From the NCBI GenBank assembly GCA_017552325.1, contig JAFZQE010000037.1, positions 4,926 to 68,925 on the forward strand: a stretch of 64,000 nt of DNA, written 5' to 3'. The notes beneath the pieces are model-generated. The model was not told the DNA's origin, made no database searches, and saw nothing but the letters and a program-made list of their open reading frames with translations. This document shows, piece by piece, positions 27,901-35,803 of the stretch (position 1 is the stretch's first letter; the number at the start of each line of letters is the position of its first letter). This stretch comes from Oscillospiraceae bacterium. GTDB lineage: Bacteria; Bacillota; Clostridia; Oscillospirales; Oscillospiraceae. The translations under genes were made by a program, and so were the position numbers.

Positions 27901-28444
27901 AGACACCGAGGTCTATTCCAACACCGGCGGCCAGGCCTCGAAGGCCACCTCCATCGGCGCGGTGGCGCAGTTTGCCAACGCCGGCAAGGCGACGGCGAAG
28001 AAGGATCTGGGCCGCATCGCGATGGTCTACGACAACGTCTACGTCGCGAAGGTCGCCATGGGCGCGAATCCCGCGCAGCTCATTACCGCCCTGAAGGAGG
28101 CGGAGAAGCACGTCGGCCCCTCGCTCATCATCGCCTACGCGCCCTGCATCAACCACGGCCTCGTCAACGGCATGGGCAAGGCCATGGAGGAGGAAAAGCT
28201 CGCGGTCGACTGCGGCTACTGGCCTTTGTTCCGCTACATCCCCGAGAACATCGACCAGGGCAAGAATCCCTTTGTCCTCGACAGCAAGGAGCCGAACGGG
28301 AAGCTGCGCGAGTTCATGATGGGCGAGGTGCGCTTCTCCTCGCTGACCCGCACCTTCCCGGAGCGCGCCGAACTGCTGTTCAAGGAGGCCGAGGAATTCA
28401 CCGCGCGCCGCTACGCTCAGTACAAGGCCATGGCGGGGAAGTGA
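24935..28444 (+). CDS. nifJ: Pyruvate:ferredoxin (flavodoxin) oxidoreductase
   Basis: 1169 aa. Two ferredoxin-type CxxCxxCxxxCP motifs (CIGCNMCSLVCP, CQGCSSCANVCP) and a TPP-binding region GGDGWAYDIG. Confidence 0.95.
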   Translation: MLTKKTMDGNEAAAYASYAFTEVASIYPITPSSPMADHVDNWSAHGKKNLFGQPVQLVEMESEAGACGAMHGALETGSLATTYTASQGLMLMIPPMYRIAGSMLPGVMHVAARTVGTHSISIFGDHSDAMACRQTGFAQLASASVQECMDLGAVAHLSAIKGSIPFMHFFDGFRTSHELQKIDVLDYSDLAKLVDWDMVKYHKDHALNSEHPTIRSTLQNPDTFFQSREACNTAYEALPKIVQEKMDAINALTGRNYRLFNYYGAPDADRVVIAMGSVCETMMEVVDWLNARGEKVGMVQVHLYRPFSARHLAAALPATVKAVTVLDRTKEPGAAGEPLFEDVCTALRESDFGGVLILGGRYGLSSKDTIPAQIRAVYDNMAGEKKNHFTVGIDDDVTHTSLPVGENIVTSGKSIISCKFWGLGSDGTVGANKNSIKIIGDNTDQYAQAYFEYDSKKSGGVTKSHLRFGHEPIRSTYYVTMADFVACHKQSYMKSFDIVSEIKPGGTFLLNCDWDMAGLEEHLPNRAKRILAERGLNFYTIDATAIAQQIGLGNRTNTVLQAAFFKLSGILPIDDAVRYMKEAIIKTYSKKGDKIVNMNCAAVDAGLNALVKIEVPAAWAALEDEIETVDESLPEYIRKIQIPVNRQAGDRIPVSAFLPYADGVSPVETSKYERRGIATNVPKWIPENCIGCNMCSLVCPHACIRPFLVTEEEKAAAPDGLVTKKALGKGFEAYTYRIQVDPIDCQGCSSCANVCPAKNKALVMEPLESQIHEQPNWDYLVGLPVKANPMDKFSVKGSQYQRPLYEFNGSCAGCGEAPYMKLMTQLFGERMYIADATGCTYVVGSSTPTFPYAKTAAGYGPAPSNSLFENNAEYALGMCLSVDQMRRQAKTHAEAALATADEALKAALQTWLEKGDEPNDTRAVSEALKEALAATADDSADVKWLKERTDTLVKKSMWMYGGDGWAYDIGYGGLDHVLASGVDVNILVVDTEVYSNTGGQASKATSIGAVAQFANAGKATAKKDLGRIAMVYDNVYVAKVAMGANPAQLITALKEAEKHVGPSLIIAYAPCINHGLVNGMGKAMEEEKLAVDCGYWPLFRYIPENIDQGKNPFVLDSKEPNGKLREFMMGEVRFSSLTRTFPERAELLFKEAEEFTARRYAQYKAMAGK

Positions 28445-28473
28445 GTTTGTAGTTTTTAGTTTTTAGTTTTCAG
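28443..28473 (+). repeat. (TAGTTTT)x3 heptamer array; reads GAG-N4-UAG-N4-UAG-N4-UAG-N4-CAG as RNA
   Basis: TAGTTTT at 28450-28456, 28457-28463 and 28464-28470, flanked in register by GAG (28443-28445) and CAG (28471-28473). Confidence 0.9.
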
Positions 28474-28477
28474 AAGA

Positions 28478-28509
28478 CCGGACGTCCGGGGGAGACTCCG
28501 GGCGTCCGG
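28478..28509 (+). other. 12-bp GC-rich hairpin without a U-tract
   Basis: CCGGACGTCCGG (28478-28489) pairs with CCGGGCGTCCGG (28498-28509) with one G-U pair. It is followed by an A-rich sequence. Confidence 0.7.
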
Positions 28510-28559
28510 AAGAATAAAAATCACGGGCTGTTTGATTTCCGAAAGGGGGGGAGATTGTT

Positions 28560-30383
28560 ATGAAACGCCTGATCAGCCTGATCCTGTGTCTGCTGCTCGC
28601 CGCCGCGCTGGTCCCCGCGGCCGGGGCGGAGGACATCCGCATCATTCCCGTCGAGGAGCCCGAGACCATATCCGTCGTGGAGCCGGAGGACGCGGAGCAG
28701 CCGGAAGGCACCCCCGTCCCGAACGAAAACGATTATCAGACCGAGGGCGAGTTTACCTGGTATTTCGACGGCTGGGAGCTGTTCATCTGGGGCGAAGGAA
28801 ACAGTGTTCTGACCGGCGGCGAGCAATTCATGCGGCATCTCGCGCCTTCCGTTGTGCATATCGCGACGCAGAGCGGCATCGTCCGCATCGGAGACGGCTG
28901 CTTTTCCGACAACGGCTTTGTGAAGCTTCAGTCCCTGTACACCGACCCCGACGTGAAGGAGATCGGAAGTCATGCGTTCAGAGACTGCGCGAAATTCAAC
29001 CGCTTCACCGGCATGGCAGTCGCCTCGATCGGGGAGGAAGCCTTCTCCGGCTGCACGGCTTTGGAATATGTCGAGTTTCAGAACAGCTGCAGCATCGCAG
29101 GCCGCGCCTTTGCCGACTGCACGGCGCTCCAGAAGCTGCTGCTGTTCGGAGCCGCCGGCAGCATCGCCGAAGACGCTTTCTCCGGCGTGAGCGCCACGGT
29201 ATATGTTCAGGCCGAGGAGCCGAGCTGGACGGAGGACAACATGATTTCTTACGGTGGAACGCTGAACTGGTCTGTCTCGCTCCCGCACATCCTGAAGCAG
29301 CCCGAGAGCGTGATCGCCACGGAGGGTACGAGCGTAACTTTCGAGGTCCAGGCTGCCGGACCGGATCTGAAATACAGCTGGTCTTACTTCGATACCACGT
29401 ATCAAACGTGGAGATCGGTCTATGACGCCGGCAGGATCTTCAGTGCAGAAAATTATCCGATTCTGCATGTCTATTTCACCCGCTGTTACGAGGACGTTCT
29501 TCGCCTCCGCTGCTTTGTCAGATCGCCGTCCGGCTACGTTTATTCGGATGAGGTCAGCCTGACGATCGATAACGGGCGGCCGAAGATCCTCACGCAGCCG
29601 CAGAAGGTGACCGCGCTGCAAAACAGCCAGGTCAGCTTTACGGTCGAGGCGGAAGGGGTCGAAACATACCAATGGCAATATAAAGAGGGCGGCGGCTGGT
29701 ATGACTGCGCGACGGGCGGCTTTGATACGCCGACCTACAGCGTGAAGGCGACCGAAGCCCGGAACAGCCGCCTCTACCGCTGTGTCATGACCAACGAAGT
29801 CGGCAAAATGATCACCCGGGAGGTGCGGCTGACCGTTTTGCCGGTCATCAAGACGCAGCCGGTATCCTGCGGCGTGAAGGCGGGACACACGGCGAGCTTC
29901 ACCGTAGCCGCCAACGGCGCGACCGCGTATCAGTGGCAGTACAAGACGCCCACCGGGAGCTGGAGAAACTGCTCGACCGGCGGCTGTAAAACCGACACGC
30001 TCTCCGTCGTCGGCAGCAGCTTCCGCAACGGCTATCAGTACCGCTGCAAGGTGACGACGCCCTACTGCACGAAGACCACCGACGCCGTCACGCTGAAGAT
30101 CGTCAAAAAGCCTGTCATCTCGTCGCATCCATCCTCGCAGACGGTCGCCGTCGGCGCGAAGGCGAAGTTCAAAACGGTCGCCTCGGGCGAATTCCTGAGC
30201 TATCAGTGGTTTTACCGCGCAAGTCCCACGGCGGCATGGCATAAATGCACCGGCACGGGATACGACAGCGCGACCCTGTCGGTCAGGGGCATTGCGCGCC
30301 GGGACGGCTATCAGTACCGCTGCAAGGTCTATAACGACGCGGGGAACGCCTGGTCCGCCATCGTCACGCTGACGGTGAAGTAG
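28560..30383 (+). CDS. Secreted protein with BspA-type leucine-rich repeats and four Ig-like repeats
   Basis: Signal peptide ending AGA-ED. LRR units of the type IGxxAFxxCxxL (aa 95-215). Four ~88-aa repeats ending YQYRCKV/LYRCVM (aa 243-606). No sorting signal or lipobox. Confidence 0.75.
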   Translation: MKRLISLILCLLLAAALVPAAGAEDIRIIPVEEPETISVVEPEDAEQPEGTPVPNENDYQTEGEFTWYFDGWELFIWGEGNSVLTGGEQFMRHLAPSVVHIATQSGIVRIGDGCFSDNGFVKLQSLYTDPDVKEIGSHAFRDCAKFNRFTGMAVASIGEEAFSGCTALEYVEFQNSCSIAGRAFADCTALQKLLLFGAAGSIAEDAFSGVSATVYVQAEEPSWTEDNMISYGGTLNWSVSLPHILKQPESVIATEGTSVTFEVQAAGPDLKYSWSYFDTTYQTWRSVYDAGRIFSAENYPILHVYFTRCYEDVLRLRCFVRSPSGYVYSDEVSLTIDNGRPKILTQPQKVTALQNSQVSFTVEAEGVETYQWQYKEGGGWYDCATGGFDTPTYSVKATEARNSRLYRCVMTNEVGKMITREVRLTVLPVIKTQPVSCGVKAGHTASFTVAANGATAYQWQYKTPTGSWRNCSTGGCKTDTLSVVGSSFRNGYQYRCKVTTPYCTKTTDAVTLKIVKKPVISSHPSSQTVAVGAKAKFKTVASGEFLSYQWFYRASPTAAWHKCTGTGYDSATLSVRGIARRDGYQYRCKVYNDAGNAWSAIVTLTVK

Positions 30384-30404
30384 GCACGGATTCATTACGA
30401 AATG

Positions 30405-30432
30405 CGCCCGGGATAAAAGTCCCGGGCGTTTT
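30405..30432 (+). terminator. Intrinsic terminator
   Basis: CGCCCGGGA (30405-30413) pairs with TCCCGGGCG (30420-30428), followed by TTTT. Confidence 0.7.
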
Positions 30433-30446
30433 CGATTGCCGCGGAC

Positions 30447-30475
30447 TTGCAAAGTTCCGCCCGGGCGTGTAAAAT
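30447..30475 (+). promoter_or_regulatory. Promoter candidate (TTGCAA-17-TAAAAT)
   Basis: TTGCAA at 30447-30452, 17-nt spacer, TAAAAT at 30470-30475. Confidence 0.55.
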
Positions 30476-30499
30476 GAAAGAAAAAACGGGAGGGCGGCC

Positions 30500-32335
30500 A
30501 TGGACAAGCGTCTGGAACGCATCTTGCCCCGTGTGCAGAAGCCGGCGCGCTACACCGGCGGGGAATACAATCAGATCATCAAGGACAAGTCGAAGGTCGA
30601 GCTGCGCGTGGCCTTCTGCTTTCCCGACACCTATGAGATCGGCATGTCGAATCTCGGCATGAGCATCCTCTACCATACGATGAACAGCCTCGATTTCGTC
30701 TGGTGCGAGCGCGTCTTCGCCCCCTGGGGCGACATGTATGCCGAGATGAAGCGGGCCGGGATCCCGCTCTACGCGCTGGAAAGCGGCGACCCGACCTCGG
30801 ACTTCGACGCGCTGGCCTTCTCGGTCGGCTACGAGATGGCCTATACGACGGTGCTGGACATGCTCGACATGTCCGGCCTCCCGCTGCGAAGCGCCGACCG
30901 ACCCGATCTGCTGCCGGTCGTGATGGCGGGCGGCACCGCCGCCGTCAACGCCGAGCCGATGGCGCCCTTCATCGACCTCTTTTTCCTCGGCGAGGGGGAG
31001 GAGCTGGACAACGAGCTGCTCTGCCTGCTGCGCGAGGCCAAGCGCGGGGGCTGGAGCAAGCACGAGTTCCTCGTCCGCGCCGCTCAGATCGGCGGGGTCT
31101 ACGTGCCTTCGCTCTACGATATCTCCTACAACGAGGACGGCACCGTCGCCGCGATCACGCCGAAGGACGGCGCGCCCGCGCGCGTGACCAAGCGCATCGT
31201 CGAGGATCTGGACGCCTCGCCCTTCCCGACAAACCCGATCGTCCCCTCCACCGAGGTCATCCACGACCGCGTCAGCCTCGAGCTTTTCCGCGGCTGCGTG
31301 CGCGGCTGCCGCTTTTGCCAGGCGGGCTACGTCTACCGCCCGATCCGGTCCAAAAAGCCGGAGACGCTCATAAGGCAGGGGATCGAGACGCTGAAGAACA
31401 CCGGCTATCAGGACGTGACGCTCCTGTCTCTCAGTACCAGCGACTACCGGCAGCTGCCCGGGCTCTGCGACGGCCTGCTCGAATACTGCGAGCCGCGCAG
31501 CATCGGCCTGTCGCTGCCCTCGCTGCGCGCGGACAATTTTTCCATGGACATCATGGAGCGTCTGCAGAAGGTGAGAAAAAGCGGCCTGACCTTCGCCGTC
31601 GAGGGCGGCAGCCAGCGTCTGCGCGACGCGATCAACAAAAACGTCACGCAGGAGGACCTGCTGAACACCTGCCGTATCGCCTTCGAGGGCGGCTGGAACA
31701 GCGTCAAGCTCTACTACATGCTGGGACTTCCGACCGAGACGGACGAGGACATCCGCGGCATCGCCGAGATGGCCAACGAGGTGCTGCACTGCTGGCGGCT
31801 TTACGCGAAGAACAAGAACCGCGGCGTAAAGATCACGATTTCGACCTCCTGCTTCATCCCGAAGCCGCACAGCCCCTTCCAGTGGGAGCCCCAGGTCACG
31901 ATTGAGGAGTACCTGCGGCGCGTCAACCTCCTGCGCTCGTCCATCACGGCCAAGAACGTCACCTACAACTGGCACGACGCCGAGACCAGCCTCATCGAGG
32001 CCGTGCTCTCGCGCGGCGACCGCCGGATCGCGGACGCGATCGAGCTCGTCTGGCGGCGCGGCGGGCGGCTGGACGCCTGGACGGACTACTTTTCCTTCGA
32101 GCGCTGGATGCAGGCCTTCGCCGACACCGGCGTCGACCCGGCCTTCTACGCGCAGCGCGAGCGCCCGGTCGACGAGCTCCTGCCCTGGGACATGATCGAC
32201 GTCGGCGTGCGCAAGGCGCATCTGATCAAGGAACGCGAGAAATGCTACCGCTCCGAGCTGAGCCCCGACTGCCGCCATCAGTGCGCGGCCTGCGGGGCGG
32301 CACGGCTTCTGAAGGAGATCCGCTGCGATGAATGA
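30500..32335 (+). CDS. B12-binding-domain radical SAM protein (TIGR03960-like)
   Basis: Radical SAM cluster motif RGCVRGCRFCQAGY. Large conserved protein paired with a DUF2344 partner. Confidence 0.8.
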   Translation: MDKRLERILPRVQKPARYTGGEYNQIIKDKSKVELRVAFCFPDTYEIGMSNLGMSILYHTMNSLDFVWCERVFAPWGDMYAEMKRAGIPLYALESGDPTSDFDALAFSVGYEMAYTTVLDMLDMSGLPLRSADRPDLLPVVMAGGTAAVNAEPMAPFIDLFFLGEGEELDNELLCLLREAKRGGWSKHEFLVRAAQIGGVYVPSLYDISYNEDGTVAAITPKDGAPARVTKRIVEDLDASPFPTNPIVPSTEVIHDRVSLELFRGCVRGCRFCQAGYVYRPIRSKKPETLIRQGIETLKNTGYQDVTLLSLSTSDYRQLPGLCDGLLEYCEPRSIGLSLPSLRADNFSMDIMERLQKVRKSGLTFAVEGGSQRLRDAINKNVTQEDLLNTCRIAFEGGWNSVKLYYMLGLPTETDEDIRGIAEMANEVLHCWRLYAKNKNRGVKITISTSCFIPKPHSPFQWEPQVTIEEYLRRVNLLRSSITAKNVTYNWHDAETSLIEAVLSRGDRRIADAIELVWRRGGRLDAWTDYFSFERWMQAFADTGVDPAFYAQRERPVDELLPWDMIDVGVRKAHLIKEREKCYRSELSPDCRHQCAACGAARLLKEIRCDE

Positions 32336-32990
32336 GAAACTGAGACTGCGCTTTTCCAAGACCGGGCGGGCGGTCTGGATTTCCCACCTCGATCTGATGC
32401 AGACGATGCAGCGCGCCTTTTCGCGCGCAGGTCTCGCGCTGAAGTATTCCGAGGGCTACAACCCGCACCCGCAGATATCGATCGCGCTGCCGCTGTCGGT
32501 CGGCGCGGCCAGCCGCTGCGAGCTGATGGATTTCCGCCTGCGCGAGGACGCCGAGCTCTCCACGCTTCCGGAACGCCTGACGGCCGCTCTCCCGGAGGGG
32601 ATCGAGGTGCTCGCCGCCTATGAGGCGGAGCGAAAATGCGCCGAGATCAAATGGCTGGAGCTCGAGGGCCGCTTCGAGTACGACGGGCGCGAGCCCGCCG
32701 CGCTGCTCGAGCCGCTTCGCGTTTTCTTCGCGCGGGAGAGCATCATCATCACTAGAAAGACCAAGCGCGGCGTCGGCGAGAGCGACATCCGCCCGGCGAT
32801 CCGCTCGATCGATTTTACGGCGGGAGAGGGCCTCGTCGCCCTGCACGCCTTCGTTTCCGCGCAGGAGCCGACGCTCAATCCCGAGCAGCTGGCCGAGGCC
32901 CTGCGCCAGCTCGCCCCGGAGCTTGCGCCGGATTTCGCCGCGTTCACGAGGCTCGAGATTTACGACAAGGACATGATCGTCTTTCGCTGA
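32328..32990 (+). CDS. Radical-SAM-associated protein (DUF2344/TIGR03936-like)
   Basis: Overlaps the upstream radical SAM gene. N-terminus KLRLRFSKTGRAVWISHLDLMQTMQRAF. Confidence 0.7.
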   Translation: MNEKLRLRFSKTGRAVWISHLDLMQTMQRAFSRAGLALKYSEGYNPHPQISIALPLSVGAASRCELMDFRLREDAELSTLPERLTAALPEGIEVLAAYEAERKCAEIKWLELEGRFEYDGREPAALLEPLRVFFARESIIITRKTKRGVGESDIRPAIRSIDFTAGEGLVALHAFVSAQEPTLNPEQLAEALRQLAPELAPDFAAFTRLEIYDKDMIVFR

Positions 32991-33002
32991 GGGGGAGAAG
33001 AG

Positions 33003-33482
33003 ATGGAATTTCGACCGCTGATGCGCAAAAACAAGGAGCTGCCGAGGGAAGACTGCCTCGCGCTGCTGCGGCATGAAAAACGCGGCGTCCTCTCCGTGGC
33101 CGGAGACGGGGGCTATCCCTACGGCACGCCGATCAACCACTATTACAACGACGAAGACGGGAAGCTCTACTTCCACTGCGGCCGCGTCGGCCACCGGCTG
33201 GACGCCCTGCGCCGCGATGGGAAGGCCTGCTTCACCTGCATCGACGAAGGCGCGCCGGTCGAGGGGCACTGGGCTTTGCTATTTCGCAGCGTGATCGTCT
33301 TCGGCACGGTGGAGATCGTCGACGACGCGGCGCGGGCGCGGGAGATTGCCGCCCGCCTCAGCCGCAAGTTCACCGACGACGAAGCCTATATCGCCGAAGA
33401 GATCGCCCGCTCGCTGAGGGCGACGCTGCTGCTTGTGATGACGCCGGAGCATATCTGCGGAAAAATCGTGACGGAAAGCTGA
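33003..33482 (+). CDS. Pyridoxamine 5'-phosphate oxidase-family (FMN-binding split barrel) protein
   Basis: GVLSV...GYPYGTPINHYY...LYFHC pattern typical of the family. Confidence 0.7.
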   Translation: MEFRPLMRKNKELPREDCLALLRHEKRGVLSVAGDGGYPYGTPINHYYNDEDGKLYFHCGRVGHRLDALRRDGKACFTCIDEGAPVEGHWALLFRSVIVFGTVEIVDDAARAREIAARLSRKFTDDEAYIAEEIARSLRATLLLVMTPEHICGKIVTES

Positions 33483-33501
33483 AATTTCCGCAAAAAAGGT
33501 C

Positions 33502-33530
33502 TTGCAATCCGGATTTCTTTGTGTTATTAT
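33502..33530 (+). promoter_or_regulatory. Promoter (TTGCAA-17-TGtTATTAT) at the head of a ~375-nt leader for rplS
   Basis: TTGCAA at 33502-33507, 17-nt spacer, TATTAT at 33525-33530 preceded by TGt. Confidence 0.55.
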
Positions 33531-33590
33531 ACCATGGCCTGCGCGGAGAAGGCTTCGCGCGGCCCATCAGGCGGTCCGCTGTCGCGGTTG

Positions 33591-33868
33591 AGGGAGAAAA
33601 GACCTGAACTCCTGACGGTTTATTCGGGCAGATATGTGCTGAAGCTTCGTTCCAACCCTTGATAATACAAGAGTATTATCTGCGGGCTGCGCCTCGCTTC
33701 AACCCAAATCTGCTCCGAAGAAACTGCATAGCACCTGTGAGCTGGCGATTTTCGACAGATTTTTCGTTCCGACGAGCGCCGCTGGGCTTTTGCCCAGCAA
33801 GGGAGGAGGGACAAAAAGATTCGAAAAGGGACGCTCACAGGCGTCATGAGTTCAAGTCCTTTCTCCCT
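33591..33868 (+). other. 278-nt element bounded by 27-nt imperfect inverted repeats, with internal helices (candidate structured leader/ncRNA or MITE)
   Basis: 33591-33617 pairs with 33868-33842 (24 of 27 positions). CCTGTGAGC (33734-33742) pairs with GCTCACAGG (33833-41). Perfect hairpins at 33661-33680 and 33781-33798. Confidence 0.6.
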
Positions 33869-33913
33869 GCGGTCACCCTCCGATAAGAACGTCTTTACGA
33901 AAGAGGATCGAAT

Positions 33914-34255
33914 ATGGATCTGGTCAAAATTCTCAGTGAGCAGTACACCAAGAAGGAACTGCCCGAAATGAACGTCGGCGACACCGTCCGCGTGCTCGTC
34001 CGCGTGAAGGAAGGCAACCGTGAGCGCACCCAGGCTTTCGAAGGCACGATCATTGCCAAGAAGCACGGCGGTATCAACGAGACCATCACCGTCCGCCGCA
34101 TTTCCTACGGCGTCGGCTGCGAGAAGGTCTTCCCCGTACACTCTCCCTCCATCGTCTCTGTCACGACCGTCCGCAAGGGCAAGGTCCGCAGAGCGAAGCT
34201 CTACTACCTGCGCGACCGCGTGGGCAAGAAGGCCAAGGTCAAGGAGAGACTGTAA
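33914..34255 (+). CDS. rplS: 50S ribosomal protein L19
   Basis: [35 protein letters not shown]...[11 protein letters not shown]. Confidence 0.95.
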   Translation: MDLVKILSEQYTKKELPEMNVGDTVRVLVRVKEGNRERTQAFEGTIIAKKHGGINETITVRRISYGVGCEKVFPVHSPSIVSVTTVRKGKVRRAKLYYLRDRVGKKAKVKERL

Positions 34256-34272
34256 GCTCTATTGTCAAAAAA

Positions 34273-34300
34273 AGAGATCGGGCAGCCGGTCTCTTTTTTT
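34273..34300 (+). terminator. Intrinsic terminator after rplS
   Basis: AGAGATCGG pairs with CCGGTCTCT around loop GCAG, followed by a T7 run. Confidence 0.7.
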
Positions 34301-34301
34301 G

Positions 34302-34331
34302 TTGCGTTTCCCGGGTCTTAAGGTGTATAAT
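34302..34331 (+). promoter_or_regulatory. Promoter candidate for lepB (TTGCGT-18-TATAAT)
   Basis: TTGCGT at 34302-34307, TATAAT at 34326-34331. Confidence 0.45.
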
Positions 34332-34363
34332 ATCATGACATCCTATCGAATAGGAGATTTGCT

Positions 34364-34930
34364 ATGGCTAAGAAGAGCAAAAAAACGCCCGAGGAGATCG
34401 AGCGTGCGCAGAAAAGAGAGAGCTACGACTGGATCCAGAGCATCATCAGCGCGCTGATCATCTGCATCGTCGTCTTTCTGTTTTTCGTCCGCGTGATCGA
34501 CGTCAGCGGCGATTCGATGAACCCCACCCTCGTCAACGGCGAGAAGATGGTCGTCTCCGGCCTGTTCTACAAGCCGAAGCAGGGGGACATCGTGATTTTC
34601 AAGACCGACGACTACGACCCGGACAAGGCGCTCGTCAAGCGCGTCATCGCCACCGAGGGGCAGGTCGTCAACATCGACCGCGACAACGGGATCGTGTACG
34701 TCGACGACGAGCCGATCCAGGAGGAGTACATCGCCGAGCTGACAAAGGTGCTGATCGACTTCCGCGGTCCCTGGACGGTGCCGGAGGGCTGCGTTTTCGT
34801 CATGGGCGACAACCGCAACCAGTCCACCGACAGCCGCGACAAGCGCATCGGCAACGTCGACGAGAAGGAGATCATCGGCCGCGCCTACGCGGTGATCTAT
34901 CCCTTCGACCAGTTCCGCATCATCAAATAA
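34364..34930 (+). CDS. lepB: Signal peptidase I
   Basis: Catalytic Ser box SGDSMNPTL, Lys box KRVIA, and GDNRNQSTDSR. Confidence 0.92.
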   Translation: MAKKSKKTPEEIERAQKRESYDWIQSIISALIICIVVFLFFVRVIDVSGDSMNPTLVNGEKMVVSGLFYKPKQGDIVIFKTDDYDPDKALVKRVIATEGQVVNIDRDNGIVYVDDEPIQEEYIAELTKVLIDFRGPWTVPEGCVFVMGDNRNQSTDSRDKRIGNVDEKEIIGRAYAVIYPFDQFRIIK

Positions 34931-34951
34931 ATGGACGGACGCTATGAAACG

Positions 34952-35803
34952 ATGAACATCCAGTGGTTCCCCGGTCACATGACCAGGGCCCGCCGGATGA
35001 TGGAGGAGAACCTCGGCCTCGTCGACGCCGTCTGCGAGATCCTGGATGCGCGCATCCCGCGCTCCAGCCGCAATCCCGAGATCGACGTCCTGGCAGCCGG
35101 GAAGCCCCGGCTCGTGATCCTCAACCGCGTCGACCTGGCAGATCCCGAGATCACGCGCCTCTGGCGGCGTCATTTCGAGGAACAGGGCCTCGCGATCGTC
35201 GAGACCGACGCGAAGAGCGGGAAGGGGATCCGGGACTTCGTGCCCGCCGTCCGCCGCCTGCTCGCCGATAAAATGAAGGAATACGAGGCGAAGGGCCAGG
35301 TCGGCCGCCCGCTGCGCCTGATGATCGTCGGCATCCCCAACGTCGGGAAATCGACGCTGATCAATAAGGTCGCCGGCCGCAAGGCCGCGATCGCCGGAGA
35401 CAAGCCCGGCGTGACCCGCGGCAGGCAGTGGATCCACATCGACGCGGGGCTCGACCTGCTCGATACGCCCGGCATCCTCTGGCCGAAGTTCGACAGCCAG
35501 GAGGTCGGCGAGATGCTGGCCATCACGAACGCGATCAAGGCCGAGGTGCTCGACAAGGAGACCCTGGCCGCGAATTTCATCCTGCGCCTGAGCGCCCTGT
35601 ACCCGCAGGCCCTGCGCGAGCGCTACCACATCGAGCCCGATCCGGAGAAGAACGGCTTCGAGCTGCTCGAGGAGGCGGCGAAAAAGCGCGGTTTCCTCGT
35701 CTCGCGCGGGGAATACGACATCGAGCGAATGGCAAATACCCTGCTCAACGAGTACCACGAGGGCAAGCTGGGCCGCCTGAGTCTGGAGAAGCCGGATGCC
35801 TGA
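34952..35803 (+). CDS. rbgA: Ribosome biogenesis GTPase A (YlqF)
   Basis: N-terminus MNIQWFPGHM, NRVDL (permuted G4) and GIPNVGKST (G1). An alternative ATG is at 34931. Confidence 0.88.
   Translation: MNIQWFPGHMTRARRMMEENLGLVDAVCEILDARIPRSSRNPEIDVLAAGKPRLVILNRVDLADPEITRLWRRHFEEQGLAIVETDAKSGKGIRDFVPAVRRLLADKMKEYEAKGQVGRPLRLMIVGIPNVGKSTLINKVAGRKAAIAGDKPGVTRGRQWIHIDAGLDLLDTPGILWPKFDSQEVGEMLAITNAIKAEVLDKETLAANFILRLSALYPQALRERYHIEPDPEKNGFELLEEAAKKRGFLVSRGEYDIERMANTLLNEYHEGKLGRLSLEKPDA

Noticed and set aside
23438-28473. The heptamer arrays considered as CRISPR or another spacer-repeat system, and a search for hutP within the window.
   Set aside because: The repeats are 7 nt long with no spacers and there are no cas genes. 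No ORF in the window resembles HutP, so the link to HutP-type recognition remains a hypothesis only.
33620-34141. Track ORFs inside the rplS leader element (33659-33886 plus strand, 33620-34141 minus strand).
   Set aside because: They have no ribosome-binding sites. The minus-strand ORF runs antisense into rplS, and the region is better explained by extensive base-pairing.
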